Shown: positions 50,958-61,480 of the stretch, in pieces
Layout of the letters: every line of letters begins with the position of its first letter
Position numbering within the stretch: the first letter of the stretch is position 1
Assembly: GCA_023256475.1 (NCBI GenBank)
Contig: JAGDXP010000027.1
Location: forward strand, 2,106-66,105
From: Thermoplasmata archaeon
GTDB taxonomy: Archaea; Thermoplasmatota; Thermoplasmata; Thermoplasmatales; GCA-001856825
Direction: 5' to 3'
Length of the DNA: 64,000 bases
Program-made: the position numbers and the translations under genes
Notes under the pieces: generated by a model
Databases searched by the model: none
Told to the model about the DNA's origin: nothing
The model's input: the letters and a program-made list of their open reading frames with translations, nothing else

Positions 50958-52163
50958 TCAAATCAAGCTCAGGATGGATATGATACCTATGGAAATTATA
51001 ATTACACCCGTGAGTATCAGTGCATATTTTTTCTTATTGCTAATAGCATAATTCCCCATTATACTCGGATCGCTTGAAATCTTTATTATTACATACAGAG
51101 GAAATGCCAGAACTATGGAATTTATAACCATGATGGTTAAAGCTAATTGTATCAGAAATTTGTAATAAAGAACAATGAAAGCAGCTGGAATTATCTCAAC
51201 AAAGTATATTGCATAGAAAGCCAGATTTTCCTTTATTGAGGTGTTGAAGGAGCCTTTTATCTTCAATGCGTCGCTCATTGCATAGCTCATGCTCATGGAT
51301 ATAACCATCAGAGCTAGAAAACTTGCTATTAAAAGTGCCACAGCAAATAAATAAACAAACCAGACTCCGACTGCGTTTATAAATACCTTTTCCAGAAGCG
51401 AAAGTCCGTCTTCAGTACCGGGATATCCATATTGACTAACTCGCCAGGAGAATATGACTATAGATATCATCAAAAGTTCTGAAATCAATGCCCCCAATAT
51501 TGTGCCCTTATTCTCCCTGTCCAGATTACTTATATTTATTCCACGGTCAACATCAGCAGATTGATGATAGAAAAGCATCCAGGGCATTATCACCGCCCCT
51601 ATATTTGCGGCAACAAGCATCAGAAATGAAAGGCTTGGGGAATATGGAATTAGATCCTCAGGTCTCACGGGAGCCGGATGTATGAATAAGTCAAGCACTG
51701 GGAAAATGAAAAGTATGAATGATATAAGAACCAACTTTCCTTCAATTTGAATATACCTACCTGAAAATATTATCAGAGTATGAAACAGAAGTATTAGCAG
51801 TATTGTCAATATTACTGGAATTCCTAATATCAAACTAGCAATAGATGCTCCTGTGAATTCTCCTACATAGGCAGCAAAATCTATAATTCCTGTTGAAAAA
51901 ACTGTAAATACCGTGTATCCATGGCCGAACTTCTCAGATATAATCTTTCCCAAGGATTTTTGTGTCACTGCCCCTATCCTGGAGGCAGTGGACTGAATCA
52001 AATATAGAGGTACTGTTAGAATCAACAAAAGCAATATGAGCTTTCCTTGAAATTGTATGCCGGATTCAACTGCCGTTATCACTGACGGCCCATCTAAATC
52101 CGCCATCATTACGACCCAGCCTGGCCCAAGAATGGGCAATAGTTTTTTCAGCTTTGGATTCAT
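50958..52163 (-). CDS. NRAMP-family divalent metal transporter (non-canonical site)
   Basis: LGPGW..MAD.DGPS, RIG.VT.K.L, GAVIMPWM. Confidence 0.85.
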   Translation of the reverse strand: MNPKLKKLLPILGPGWVVMMADLDGPSVITAVESGIQFQGKLILLLLILTVPLYLIQSTASRIGAVTQKSLGKIISEKFGHGYTVFTVFSTGIIDFAAYVGEFTGASIASLILGIPVILTILLILLFHTLIIFSGRYIQIEGKLVLISFILFIFPVLDLFIHPAPVRPEDLIPYSPSLSFLMLVAANIGAVIMPWMLFYHQSADVDRGINISNLDRENKGTILGALISELLMISIVIFSWRVSQYGYPGTEDGLSLLEKVFINAVGVWFVYLFAVALLIASFLALMVISMSMSYAMSDALKIKGSFNTSIKENLAFYAIYFVEIIPAAFIVLYYKFLIQLALTIMVINSIVLAFPLYVIIKISSDPSIMGNYAISNKKKYALILTGVIIISIGIISILSLI

Positions 52164-52781
52164 CTAAATCAATCTAACAGAGTTCGCTAGTTTTCCATTT
52201 ACCTCAGTTGTGCCATTGGGACCTAAAATTTCCCATCCTGTACTATATTTATTTACTTTTACTTCCGTACCTGGAAAGATGGAATTGCTGGCAAATTTTT
52301 TCAGAAGTGTGTGATCTTCATAAGTGAGCCTAATTAGTCTATATTTTCCTCCAATTACATGATTGAGATTTGTCTCGTTTAACTTATCTTCCGGATTAAT
52401 AGGATTACCATGAGGACAAGTTGAAGGTCTACCCATATTCCTCCACAGCCTGTCCATAAGATTATCCTTTAAACTGTGTTCAAATTCCATTACCTCTTCG
52501 TGGGTATCCTCCCATGGAACCTCCAGCATTTTATAAACAAAGAGTTCCGCAATTCTGTGATTCATAATAACCCTCTTTGCATTTTCATAACCAAAGTCAG
52601 TAAATTTTATTCCTTCCTTTTCAAATGAAATAAAACCCATTGATTCCAATCTGTGCAATTCCTCCCAGGCTGTTGGCACTGACGTCTTTAACCTTTCACT
52701 TACATCCTTAATCAATACCTTATTATTGGTTTCCATTACCTCCCACACCGCTATAATGTAATCTTCGTAGTTCTTTCTCAC
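52164..52781 (-). CDS. DtxR/IdeR/MntR metal-dependent repressor
   Basis: EDYI..VW, HRIAE, EFEH, P.TCPHGNPI, FeoA-like C-terminus. Confidence 0.95.
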   Translation of the reverse strand: MRKNYEDYIIAVWEVMETNNKVLIKDVSERLKTSVPTAWEELHRLESMGFISFEKEGIKFTDFGYENAKRVIMNHRIAELFVYKMLEVPWEDTHEEVMEFEHSLKDNLMDRLWRNMGRPSTCPHGNPINPEDKLNETNLNHVIGGKYRLIRLTYEDHTLLKKFASNSIFPGTEVKVNKYSTGWEILGPNGTTEVNGKLANSVRLI

Positions 52782-52788
52782 TTATCTG

Positions 52789-52853
52789 TAATTAGGTTAC
52801 CCTAATTAAATCTTTATGATACCTGCAAATGAAATTAGGTTATTCTTAATTTC
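52789..52853. promoter_or_regulatory. Two DtxR-type operator palindromes
   Basis: TAATTAGG-TTAC-CCTAATTA (52789-52808) and GAAATTAGGTTATTCTTAATTTC (52831-52853) directly upstream of the repressor gene. Confidence 0.75.
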
Positions 52854-52934
52854 ATGGAATTTTCTGTTAAATAAAAGAATGATTATTTAATGAATGAATA
52901 AGAGTGGAAGAAAAATTGACAGATTAAATTTAGT

Positions 52935-53813
52935 TCATGATTTGTCCATTAAATTTGATAATAATCTGTATATTGCGGAAAAATCCAATTTTCCTAATCC
53001 TGCATTTACCCCCATTGTGTATATCTGTTCAGCTAGTGGGGTTAAAATTAAGGGGAATGTCATTCTTCTTGCAAGCTCAGTTGCATAGCTAATGTCCTTC
53101 CTTTCGTGCTCTAAATTGAAGAGCGGTTCAAACTCATTTTTCAATATGTTGTTTTTCTTTAGTTCAAGCACCTTAGACGAAGCTGAACCCGTGGAAAGTA
53201 CCTTGATCTGTGTTTCAGGATTTATTCCTAAGAATTCTCCAAATTTTATGGCCTCAGATAATATGAGCATATTCACACCGAGAATTATGTTATTTATCAT
53301 CTTCATCTTTATTCCACTTCCAGTGGGCCCAATATAAATTATGTTTTTGCCCATGGCACTAAAAACTTTTTTAGATTTTTCGAAGGTATCGAGTTTTCCA
53401 CCCACCATAATGGTTAGCTCTCCTTTTTCAGCTGCAGGTATTGATCCAGTGACAGGAGCATCCAAGAATTCAGCACCCTTACCTTCAACCATCTTTGCTA
53501 TTTCTTCAGTTACTGTAGGGGAAATAGTACTCATATCGATATATATCTTGCCTGGGCCCAATCCGGAGAGAATGCCGTCAGGCCCTTGAAAAAGCGACTT
53601 AACTGCCTCTGAATCGGTCAACATTGTTATTGTAAATTTGCTATTTTCTGCAACCTCCCTTGGCGTTTTCGCTATTTTGAATTCTGTATCTCCCAGCAAC
53701 TTATATTTTTCCTTTGATCTGTTGAAAACGATAACATTGTATCCGGCCTTTTGAATGTTCTTCACCATAGGAATACCCATCTTACCCAAGCCTATAAAAC
53801 CAACATTTTCCAT
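52935..53813 (-). CDS. 3-hydroxyisobutyrate dehydrogenase-family NAD(P) oxidoreductase
   Basis: GFIGLGKMG, DMSTISP, DAPVTG, K.INN. Confidence 0.9.
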   Translation of the reverse strand: MENVGFIGLGKMGIPMVKNIQKAGYNVIVFNRSKEKYKLLGDTEFKIAKTPREVAENSKFTITMLTDSEAVKSLFQGPDGILSGLGPGKIYIDMSTISPTVTEEIAKMVEGKGAEFLDAPVTGSIPAAEKGELTIMVGGKLDTFEKSKKVFSAMGKNIIYIGPTGSGIKMKMINNIILGVNMLILSEAIKFGEFLGINPETQIKVLSTGSASSKVLELKKNNILKNEFEPLFNLEHERKDISYATELARRMTFPLILTPLAEQIYTMGVNAGLGKLDFSAIYRLLSNLMDKS

Positions 53814-53861
53814 GCTATGGTATTACAAGAACATTTAATAAATTAATGCAATAATAGCCCG

Positions 53862-54509
53862 ATGGATTTAAAATATCCTCATGTTCATATCAATTTTGCA
53901 TGCTCTATGGATGGAAAGATCGCAATGCCAGATGGTAAACCCTACAAATTCTCGTCCTTTGAAGACATGGTCAGGGTTCATAAGTTGAGGGCAGAAGTAG
54001 ATGGAATACTTGTAGGTAAAAATACAATAAAAAATGACGACCCAAAGCTCACAGTTAATCCAAAGTACTATAATTCAGATAGAAATCCTAGGGCCATAAT
54101 ATTAGACAGCAAGTTGGAGCTGGATAGAAACTATAGGGTTTTTCAATACAACAGGGAAGTAATCATTTTTACAACGGTTAGCGGAATTAAGAATGATTCA
54201 AGTAACATTAAATATGTTTCTTCCGAAGGTGAGCCTCTGACTGTGAATTTCATATTACAAAAATTAGGAGAGATGGGAATCGAAAGAATTTTAGTGGAAG
54301 GAGGAAAAACTGTTATTAGCAATTTCTTGAAATCAAATCTTTGGGATGTTTTGACAATATACTATTCCCCTATTCTAATAGGCGAAGACGGGATAAACTT
54401 CTATGATGAAGGTCTCCTTAAGTTAGAAGACATCAAGGTGGAGAAATTCTCTGAAGGTTTTCTTTTAACAGCTGTAAATATAAGAAAGAAGGAGCTCCTT
54501 GATCACTAA
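53862..54509 (+). CDS. RibD C-terminal-type pyrimidine reductase (archaeal riboflavin pathway)
   Basis: SMDGKIA, H.LR, VG.NT..DDP.L, VEGG. Confidence 0.88.
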   Translation: MDLKYPHVHINFACSMDGKIAMPDGKPYKFSSFEDMVRVHKLRAEVDGILVGKNTIKNDDPKLTVNPKYYNSDRNPRAIILDSKLELDRNYRVFQYNREVIIFTTVSGIKNDSSNIKYVSSEGEPLTVNFILQKLGEMGIERILVEGGKTVISNFLKSNLWDVLTIYYSPILIGEDGINFYDEGLLKLEDIKVEKFSEGFLLTAVNIRKKELLDH

Positions 54510-54537
54510 TTAATCGTATATTGGAAAATTCTAATTA

Positions 54538-55773
54538 GTGTCACGGATTAACCATTATATGAATGATGGATTCAACAAAATTAAATGGGCAGAAGAATGG
54601 ATGAAGGTTATTGCAAAGATAAGGGAGGACTTCAAAAGGGAGAAACCGTTTGAAGGTATGAAAATCAGCATGGCAATGCATCTTGAAGCCAAAACTGCCG
54701 TACTTGCGCTCACCTTAATGGATGGGGGTGCTCAAGTTAGCGTAGCGGGCTGCAACCCTCTTTCCACTGATGATGATGTCGCCATATCCTTAAAGAATGA
54801 TTTCGGAATTGATGTTCACGCCAGAAGAGGAATGACAAGCGATGAATACTATGAAAATTTGAGGAAAGTCTTGTCTATTAAACCTAACATTATTATAGAT
54901 GATGGAGGAGATTTAACCGCCCTTGCCATAAAGAATAAGGATCTCTCAGAAAACTTAATTGGTGGAAATGAAGAAACGACCACAGGAGTCATAAGACTGA
55001 AGAGTATGGAAAAGGCGGGAGTGCTAAAATTTCCCATGTTTGATGTCAATGATGCCCTGATGAAGCACTTGTTCGATAATAGATATGGAACCGGTCAAAG
55101 CACCTTGGATGGAATAATGAACTCAACAAATCTGATCATTGCTGGAAAGAAGGTTGTGGTGGCAGGATACGGTTGGTGTGGTAAGGGAATAGCGAACAGA
55201 ATGAAAGGTATGGGAGCCATCGTTACAGTCACTGAAATTGATCCGTTTAAAGCAATTGAAGCAAAGATGGATGGATTCACCGTGATGCCCATGGAAAAGG
55301 CAATTGAAGATGCAGATTTGGTGGTTACTGCTACTGGCGTCAAGGATGTGGTTACTTTAGAACATGTAAAAAGGGCCAAGGATGGCATAATCCTAGCAAA
55401 TGCCGGTCATTTCAACAATGAGGTTTCCGTAGAAGAATTTGAAAAGGTGTCAAAGGGTATTGAAGTTAGAAGAAATGTCAAAAGATTCAATCTATTCAAT
55501 AAAAAAGTGTTTGTTCTTGCAGATGGAAGACTTGTAAATCTGGCAGCAGGACAAGGACATCCAGTTGAAATAATGGATTTATCTTTCTCAATTCAGGCGC
55601 TTACTGCCAGATATCTGGCTAAGAACAGGCCAAGGGATGCTAAAGTTTACCCCGTTCCGGAGGAAGTAGATAGACAGGTTGCTGAAATTTTCCTAAAAGT
55701 AAATGGGATTCATATTGATAAACTAACGGAAGAGCAGTTGAAATATATCAATTCGTGGGAAGAGGGCACATAG
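54538..55773 (+). CDS. ahcY: Adenosylhomocysteinase
   Basis: HLEAKT, CNPLST, EETTTG, KHLFDNRYGTGQS, GYGWCG. Confidence 0.96.
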   Translation: MSRINHYMNDGFNKIKWAEEWMKVIAKIREDFKREKPFEGMKISMAMHLEAKTAVLALTLMDGGAQVSVAGCNPLSTDDDVAISLKNDFGIDVHARRGMTSDEYYENLRKVLSIKPNIIIDDGGDLTALAIKNKDLSENLIGGNEETTTGVIRLKSMEKAGVLKFPMFDVNDALMKHLFDNRYGTGQSTLDGIMNSTNLIIAGKKVVVAGYGWCGKGIANRMKGMGAIVTVTEIDPFKAIEAKMDGFTVMPMEKAIEDADLVVTATGVKDVVTLEHVKRAKDGIILANAGHFNNEVSVEEFEKVSKGIEVRRNVKRFNLFNKKVFVLADGRLVNLAAGQGHPVEIMDLSFSIQALTARYLAKNRPRDAKVYPVPEEVDRQVAEIFLKVNGIHIDKLTEEQLKYINSWEEGT

Positions 55774-55885
55774 CCCCCATGGCAATTGTGAGGAAGTTAA
55801 TCACGTTCTGGGTATTTAATTGATTTCTTATATATTTTCTATAGGAATTCGCAAAATCATATATATATAAAACTCATAGAAGTCT

Positions 55886-56944
55886 GTGCCCTTCGAAAAG
55901 CTAACAGAAATGATCTTGCCACGCATTGTCATAGGTGGACATGGAGCTATTGAAAAAATAGGAGAGGTTTATGAAAAAGTAGGAGGGGCAAAAAAATGTA
56001 TAATTGTTACCGGTGAGGTAACTTCTAAATTGGCTGGAAACAAAGTATTTGAAATTTTAAATTCCATGAATGTTGATGCGAAAATAATCAACGTAGGAAA
56101 AGCCACTGATGAAAATGTTGAAACGGTTAAATCCGAAGCAAAGAAAATAGGTGCCGAAACTATTATCGGGGTAGGTGGGGGTACAAAGATAGATATTTCT
56201 AAAAAAGCCTCGTTTGATCTTGGAATTGATTTTATTTCAGTACCCACATCAGCTAGCCATGATGGTGTTGCATCCCCAAGAGCGTCCATAATCAGAAATG
56301 GAATATCCGTGTCCGTGGAGGCAAATATGCCTGTGGCTATAGTAGCTGACACCGAAATTATGGTTAAGGCACCCTTTAGATACCTGGCGTCTGGAGCTGC
56401 CGATGTTCTTTCTAATATCACAGCAGTAAAAGACTGGGCTTTGGCCCATAGGCTTAAGGGAGAGAGGATAAGTAACTCTGCAATGATGATATCAGAATTT
56501 GCAGCGAAAGAAATAATAAATAATGCTTCACAAATTAAACCGAATCTGGAGGAAAGCGTTTGGTTCGTCATGAAACAGATAGCTTATTCAGGAATAGCCA
56601 TGAGCATTGCGGGTTCCTCCAGACCAGCTTCTGGATCAGAACATATGTTTGCACATGCCGTAGAGGCACTGGGTAAAAGCCAGGCACTTCATGGCGAACT
56701 GTGCGGTATCGGTACCATAATTTCTATGTATCTGCACGGAGGGGACTGGAAAATGATTAAAGATACATTGGAAAAGATAGGGGCCCCAACGCAATTTTAT
56801 CAAGTTGGTCTAACAGAGGATGAGGGTGTTCAGGCTCTCATGATGGCCCATAAAATAAGGCCGGACAGGTATACCATATTGGGAGAAAATGGCCTTAGCG
56901 AAGCTGCTGCTAGAGAGGCTGTAAGAATAACAGGGGTGGTATAA
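55886..56944 (+). CDS. egsA: sn-glycerol-1-phosphate dehydrogenase
   Basis: GGG..ID, PT.ASHDG.ASP, SRPASGSEH, HGE.CG, RYTIL. Confidence 0.96.
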   Translation: MPFEKLTEMILPRIVIGGHGAIEKIGEVYEKVGGAKKCIIVTGEVTSKLAGNKVFEILNSMNVDAKIINVGKATDENVETVKSEAKKIGAETIIGVGGGTKIDISKKASFDLGIDFISVPTSASHDGVASPRASIIRNGISVSVEANMPVAIVADTEIMVKAPFRYLASGAADVLSNITAVKDWALAHRLKGERISNSAMMISEFAAKEIINNASQIKPNLEESVWFVMKQIAYSGIAMSIAGSSRPASGSEHMFAHAVEALGKSQALHGELCGIGTIISMYLHGGDWKMIKDTLEKIGAPTQFYQVGLTEDEGVQALMMAHKIRPDRYTILGENGLSEAAAREAVRITGVV

Positions 56945-56948
56945 TTCA

Positions 56949-57371
56949 ATGATAATAACCTTGGTTCCGCAATACCTTGCAAAGGAGGGATCAGAATTTT
57001 TATTCATTGGACCTTTAAAAGAGTGTGGGACATGCAATTTAAAAAATGTGTGTTATAATCTTAAACCCAATAAACAATATAGAGTTGTAAAATCCAGAGA
57101 GAAGGAACATAAATGCTTCATTCATCCCAATAACAAGGTTATAACAGTGGAAGTTGAAGAGTTACCTAGAAATGTTATGGTGCCAAAGAGGTATGCGAAA
57201 GAAGGTGCAATAATTTCATATAAAAGGGTCGAATGTGAAAATATAAAATGCCCATTTTCTTCAATCTGTATATTCAATTCAGTTCCAGAGGATTCCAAGT
57301 TGAAGATTTTGGAAATAAAAAGCGGTAGATGCCCCCTAAATTTTGGGCTGGTAGAGGCAGAAGTTGAATGA
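56949..57371 (+). CDS. UPF0179 family protein
   Basis: ITL...LAK.G.EF, C..C.LK.VC, C.IH; follows egsA. Confidence 0.85.
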   Translation: MIITLVPQYLAKEGSEFLFIGPLKECGTCNLKNVCYNLKPNKQYRVVKSREKEHKCFIHPNNKVITVEVEELPRNVMVPKRYAKEGAIISYKRVECENIKCPFSSICIFNSVPEDSKLKILEIKSGRCPLNFGLVEAEVE

Positions 57372-58552
57372 GCAATCAAATAGGGATTATCGGCAAACCC
57401 AATGTGGGAAAGAGTACCCTTTTTTCTGCCCTCACTGAAAATATTGTGGGTATTGGAAATTATCCATTTACAACAATTGAGTCCAATATTGGAGTTGCTT
57501 ATGTCAGGGCAAAATGCCCAGATTCAGAAATTGGAAAACACTGCAACCCAAAATTTGGAAAATGTGAAAACGGCATAAGGTATGTGCCTATACAAATCAT
57601 AGATGTTGCCGGTCTTGTGCCTGATGCCCACCTCGGCAAGGGGCTTGGCAACAAGTTTCTGGATGACCTGAGGAAAGCTGAGGGATTTATACAGGTTGTG
57701 GATTCAACAGGATCTCTTGACAGACAGGGTAACTTCGTAGGATATGGAAAGTTCGATCCTCTGGATGATTATGAATTTGTTCATCGAGAAATTGTAATGT
57801 GGATAGCCGGCATAATAGGAGATAATTTACAGAAAGGTCTAAGAAAGATAGAATCAGAGGGAGGGAAAGTTGAAGAGTTAATACATTCAAAAGTAGCGGG
57901 ACTTGGCATAGATGAAAAGACCACAGCCCTGGCAGTAAAAAGTGCTGGAGTACCTTCTAATTTTAAAAATTGGAGTGAAGAGGATACATTGAGAATAGCA
58001 GAAGAATTGATAAAATATTCAAAACCCTCCATGATAGTTGGGACTAAAGCTGATCTGCTCTCTCCCGGGCAGCTGGAAGCAATAAAGGCTAGAGGTATTT
58101 TTCCAGTTTCTGGAGATTTTGAATTGGCTCTGAAGAAAGCAAGTAAAGCTGGCCTCATTAAATACAATCCTGGTGATGATGATTTTGTGATAATAGATGA
58201 ATCTAAATTAAATAATCAGCAGAAGGATGCTCTTGAAAGGATAAGGAAGTTTATCAAAGCAAATGGAGGAACTGGTGTACAGCAGGCTCTTGAACGAATG
58301 GTATACGATGTTCTAAATTATATCGTGGTATATCCGGTAGAGGATGAGACTCACTGGACTGATAAATCGGGCAATGTCCTCCCTGATGCAATACTGATGA
58401 AAAAAGGTTCTACAGCACTGGATCTAGCATATAAAATACACACTGATTTGGGCGAAAACTTCATTAGAGCAATAAATGGGAGAACTAAGAGAATACTTGG
58501 GAAAGAGTATGTACTGAACAACGGAGATGTAATTAAAATCGTTGCACATTAA
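57368..58552 (+). CDS. ychF: YchF/Obg-family NTPase with TGS domain
   Basis: GKPNVGKST, NYPFTT, DVAGLV, GLGNKFL, HTDLG. Confidence 0.93.
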   Translation: MSNQIGIIGKPNVGKSTLFSALTENIVGIGNYPFTTIESNIGVAYVRAKCPDSEIGKHCNPKFGKCENGIRYVPIQIIDVAGLVPDAHLGKGLGNKFLDDLRKAEGFIQVVDSTGSLDRQGNFVGYGKFDPLDDYEFVHREIVMWIAGIIGDNLQKGLRKIESEGGKVEELIHSKVAGLGIDEKTTALAVKSAGVPSNFKNWSEEDTLRIAEELIKYSKPSMIVGTKADLLSPGQLEAIKARGIFPVSGDFELALKKASKAGLIKYNPGDDDFVIIDESKLNNQQKDALERIRKFIKANGGTGVQQALERMVYDVLNYIVVYPVEDETHWTDKSGNVLPDAILMKKGSTALDLAYKIHTDLGENFIRAINGRTKRILGKEYVLNNGDVIKIVAH

Positions 58553-59241
58553 CTTTTGTTAATATTTAAATAAAGTTCCAGCAATTCTTCAGGTGCTAAT
58601 TCCTCTGGCCTTCTATGTGGTAAATCAGGATTTTTCAATATGGTGGAAATCATTTTCCTTCTCTCTGAGAACAACTTTTTCAGGAATTCATCAAAATCAT
58701 TATTTATTGGTATATTTTTAGGCTCCAGGTGCAGTACAGTACTGTATACCTTCGGAGCCGGCTTAAAATTTGAGGGTGAAACATCAAAGCACTTTTTAAT
58801 TTTAAACCTGAGTTGCATCCCCACGGACAATCGAGAATATTCACCATTCCCTGGAGTTGCCAGTATTCTGTTTGCTACTTCCTTCTGCACCATGATCACC
58901 CCCTCCTCAAAATTTTTGTTTTGCAGTTTTTCCAAAATTGGGGTTGAAATGTTATAGGGGAGATTTGATATGAAGACTTGGAAATCAGGCCATTCCACCT
59001 TCAGTGCATTCCCTATTATTAAAGTTGAATTTGGAAATTTCCCATCTATGTACTGCCTGAATTCCTCTTGCAATTCAATCAAATACAGTTTTTTATAACC
59101 TTCCATGAATCTTGTCAGGGAACCTGAACCAGGTCCTACCTCCAGTACAATTTTATCCTTAATTTTCGCGCAACTGACAATCCTCTTTGCAATTTCCTCA
59201 TTTAACAATATATGTGTCCCTGAACTTTTTCCAAACTTCAT
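58549..59241 (-). CDS. rsmA: 16S rRNA adenine dimethyltransferase
   Basis: EVGPG.G.LT, SNLPYNIS, MVQKEVA.R, F.PAPKV.S. Confidence 0.95.
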   Translation of the reverse strand: MKFGKSSGTHILLNEEIAKRIVSCAKIKDKIVLEVGPGSGSLTRFMEGYKKLYLIELQEEFRQYIDGKFPNSTLIIGNALKVEWPDFQVFISNLPYNISTPILEKLQNKNFEEGVIMVQKEVANRILATPGNGEYSRLSVGMQLRFKIKKCFDVSPSNFKPAPKVYSTVLHLEPKNIPINNDFDEFLKKLFSERRKMISTILKNPDLPHRRPEELAPEELLELYLNINKS

Positions 59242-59795
59242 CTTGCAACAAATATCTTGTATTTCTCGTCCTTATTCTTCAATTCTCTCAGTATTCTTTC
59301 GACAATCATCTTTTCAGGATCCCTTAGCCCCTTTACCCTTGCTTTTAAATCTTGGAAATCTTTAAATGGTCCTTTCTTGCGCTCATCCAATATTTCCCAC
59401 ATTATGTTTTTTCCCACACCGTATAAGAGGTCTAGCTGGTGTAACCTGTTCGTAATAGGTCCTGCTGTATTGAAAAAATTGATGAACCTGTCCTGATTGT
59501 TTTCCACTATCATTCTGAGGACATATTCCAGTTCGTTTTGAGCACCCGGGGTTAATTGATTATAATTTATCCTGCCTCTTACACTTTCTATTTTATCTCT
59601 TTTCTCCTTATCTTTTCCTATGTATACCCTATCCCCAATGGTAAGCACAGCACCCTGCTTGGGAACCAGTTCTAGCAGTTTTAGGTTTTTCTCTCCTATA
59701 GCTAGAGCTAATGGCACCCTCTTGTAAATCTTCTCCTCCAACCTTCCCTGGGGGAGAATATCTAATATATATGCATAGTCGTCAAATTCATCCAA
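59238..59795 (-). CDS. DUF655 family putative RNA-binding protein
   Basis: ILD.LP.G, LLEL, FFN.A.PIT.RLH.L.LL.GVG; conserved context. Confidence 0.92.
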   Translation of the reverse strand: MDEFDDYAYILDILPQGRLEEKIYKRVPLALAIGEKNLKLLELVPKQGAVLTIGDRVYIGKDKEKRDKIESVRGRINYNQLTPGAQNELEYVLRMIVENNQDRFINFFNTAGPITNRLHQLDLLYGVGKNIMWEILDERKKGPFKDFQDLKARVKGLRDPEKMIVERILRELKNKDEKYKIFVAR

Positions 59796-59801
59796 AAGAA
59801 A

Positions 59802-60122
59802 TCACCTATACTTTCCAACTATTTCAAGAATTTTCTGCCCCAATTCAGTATCAAGGTTGGAAAGATGAGGATATACTACTGCCCTTAATTCATCAATATT
59901 ATTGGGTAAAATATCAACAATCTTTACAGAAACAAATTCGCTTAAGCCCAAAGTCATGAGCTCATCTTTCAATTTCAACGCATCATTGGAGGACAGCTTC
60001 GATGTTTTTTGAAGATGTTTCAGAGCCTCCTTTTGCACATCATTTAACTGTGATTCCTTTGAAAGATTCTCTAAATATTCCTTAGCAACTGAAGATGGAA
60101 TATAATTTATTTTCATATTCAC
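59802..60122 (-). CDS. rpo4: RNA polymerase subunit Rpo4 (F)
   Basis: KIVDILP...DELRA; between rpl21e and DUF655. Confidence 0.92.
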   Translation of the reverse strand: MNMKINYIPSSVAKEYLENLSKESQLNDVQKEALKHLQKTSKLSSNDALKLKDELMTLGLSEFVSVKIVDILPNNIDELRAVVYPHLSNLDTELGQKILEIVGKYR

Positions 60123-60409
60123 GCCCTTTTAAGATGCACTGGGTGTGATATCACAATTTTTTCCTTTCCTCCGTCACTTATCCTTACTATATATGCGTCT
60201 CCCCTAACACCTTCCACTACGCCTGTATAGCCCTGGAATCTTTTGAACGGCATTCCATTATGATATGATGGCTCAATATCTATCGCTACCTTGTCCCCTA
60301 TCTGGAAAGCCTTAACTAACCTATTAACCGGTATGGGACCTCTCTCACTTAACCTTTTTCGTATTTTGCTTCTCGTCTTGGCTCTTGGTCCGTGTGACAT
60401 CTTTGCCAT
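60119..60409 (-). CDS. rpl21e: 50S ribosomal protein L21e
   Basis: SHG.R.KTR, GMP..RFQG.TG.V, HL. Confidence 0.97.
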   Translation of the reverse strand: MAKMSHGPRAKTRSKIRKRLSERGPIPVNRLVKAFQIGDKVAIDIEPSYHNGMPFKRFQGYTGVVEGVRGDAYIVRISDGGKEKIVISHPVHLKRA

Positions 60410-60421
60410 AGGAATCTACCC

Positions 60422-61480
60422 CTAATTAACTTCTAATACATTAAGATAATCTATTTTAATGTTTACCCCAAGTATGGACGAAAGAGAAGGCGTCGTTCTT
60501 CCATTGTCACCATGAATGAACTCCTTTATGTAAGTCCCACTGGAAGCTTTTATCCTTATTTTAGCTTGTGTATATTTATAATCCACCACTTCTATGGAAT
60601 ATACCATTTTTTTCCTTACGAGATCTGATCTTGACTTTAATACCCTATTAGGGGTCCTCTGCAGTATCTCCAGATTTTTTATGTTTTCTAATTTGGATTC
60701 CAGATTTTCTATCGGGGATTCCAATTCTATAGATACCTCATACAATTTATCATGCAATTCCTCCTTCATTTTCTCTATCTCTTCTGAATTTGCAATATGC
60801 AATTCTCTAACTTCTATGGCACCCCCAGAAAAATTACTTATTTTATTCTCAATCTCCATTAAATCAGAACTTCTCTTGACTGGCTTTAGTACTTCCACAT
60901 AAAATGGTCTACCGTTACCCAACATCAATACATCCACGTCTTCCCTTCCTGAAGCAAAGAAATTATAATCCTTACCCTTGAAACTTTTAGTTATTGGAAT
61001 TCCTATATATTCAGAAACCGATAAAGATTCATTGGCACCAGGATGAATCCATGGTGACTGTGGTATTCCTCTTTTCAATTTAAGATATCTACCTGCCACA
61101 TAGATTGGCTTAATTTCCAGTTCTGTTGAAAAGTCTTCCAAGTTGAATTTGAATACTAGTTCTGGAACTTTGAACTCAACAGTTTTTCCTGTCAATTTCT
61201 CTATTCTGCTGCCAATTAAGGAATTAAAATGATGTTTCAGCCCCCTTCCTTTAGGAAACTGTTCACTTAAAATGGATGAATCCAGTTCAATCTGTTTTTT
61301 GGGGAACGAAGAGCCTATGAGAAATGTAGAGAACTCATATTCCTTTGTTTCGTTCAAGAATAGGTCTATGAGTTGGTCAACCTTTTGAAAAACTCCATTA
61401 CAGATATGGCATTGGATTCCTTCTTCGAATCCTTTTGGTATCCCGCCATATCTACGAATGCATTCTTGACAGATTTGCAT
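60422..61480 (-). CDS. pus10: tRNA pseudouridine 54/55 synthase
   Basis: GRY.K..RGIPQ, SGREDVD..MLG.GRPF, Q.TP.RV, GTYIKE..HGD.GRT.PS. Confidence 0.95.
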   Translation of the reverse strand: MQICQECIRRYGGIPKGFEEGIQCHICNGVFQKVDQLIDLFLNETKEYEFSTFLIGSSFPKKQIELDSSILSEQFPKGRGLKHHFNSLIGSRIEKLTGKTVEFKVPELVFKFNLEDFSTELEIKPIYVAGRYLKLKRGIPQSPWIHPGANESLSVSEYIGIPITKSFKGKDYNFFASGREDVDVLMLGNGRPFYVEVLKPVKRSSDLMEIENKISNFSGGAIEVRELHIANSEEIEKMKEELHDKLYEVSIELESPIENLESKLENIKNLEILQRTPNRVLKSRSDLVRKKMVYSIEVVDYKYTQAKIRIKASSGTYIKEFIHGDNGRTTPSLSSILGVNIKIDYLNVLEVN

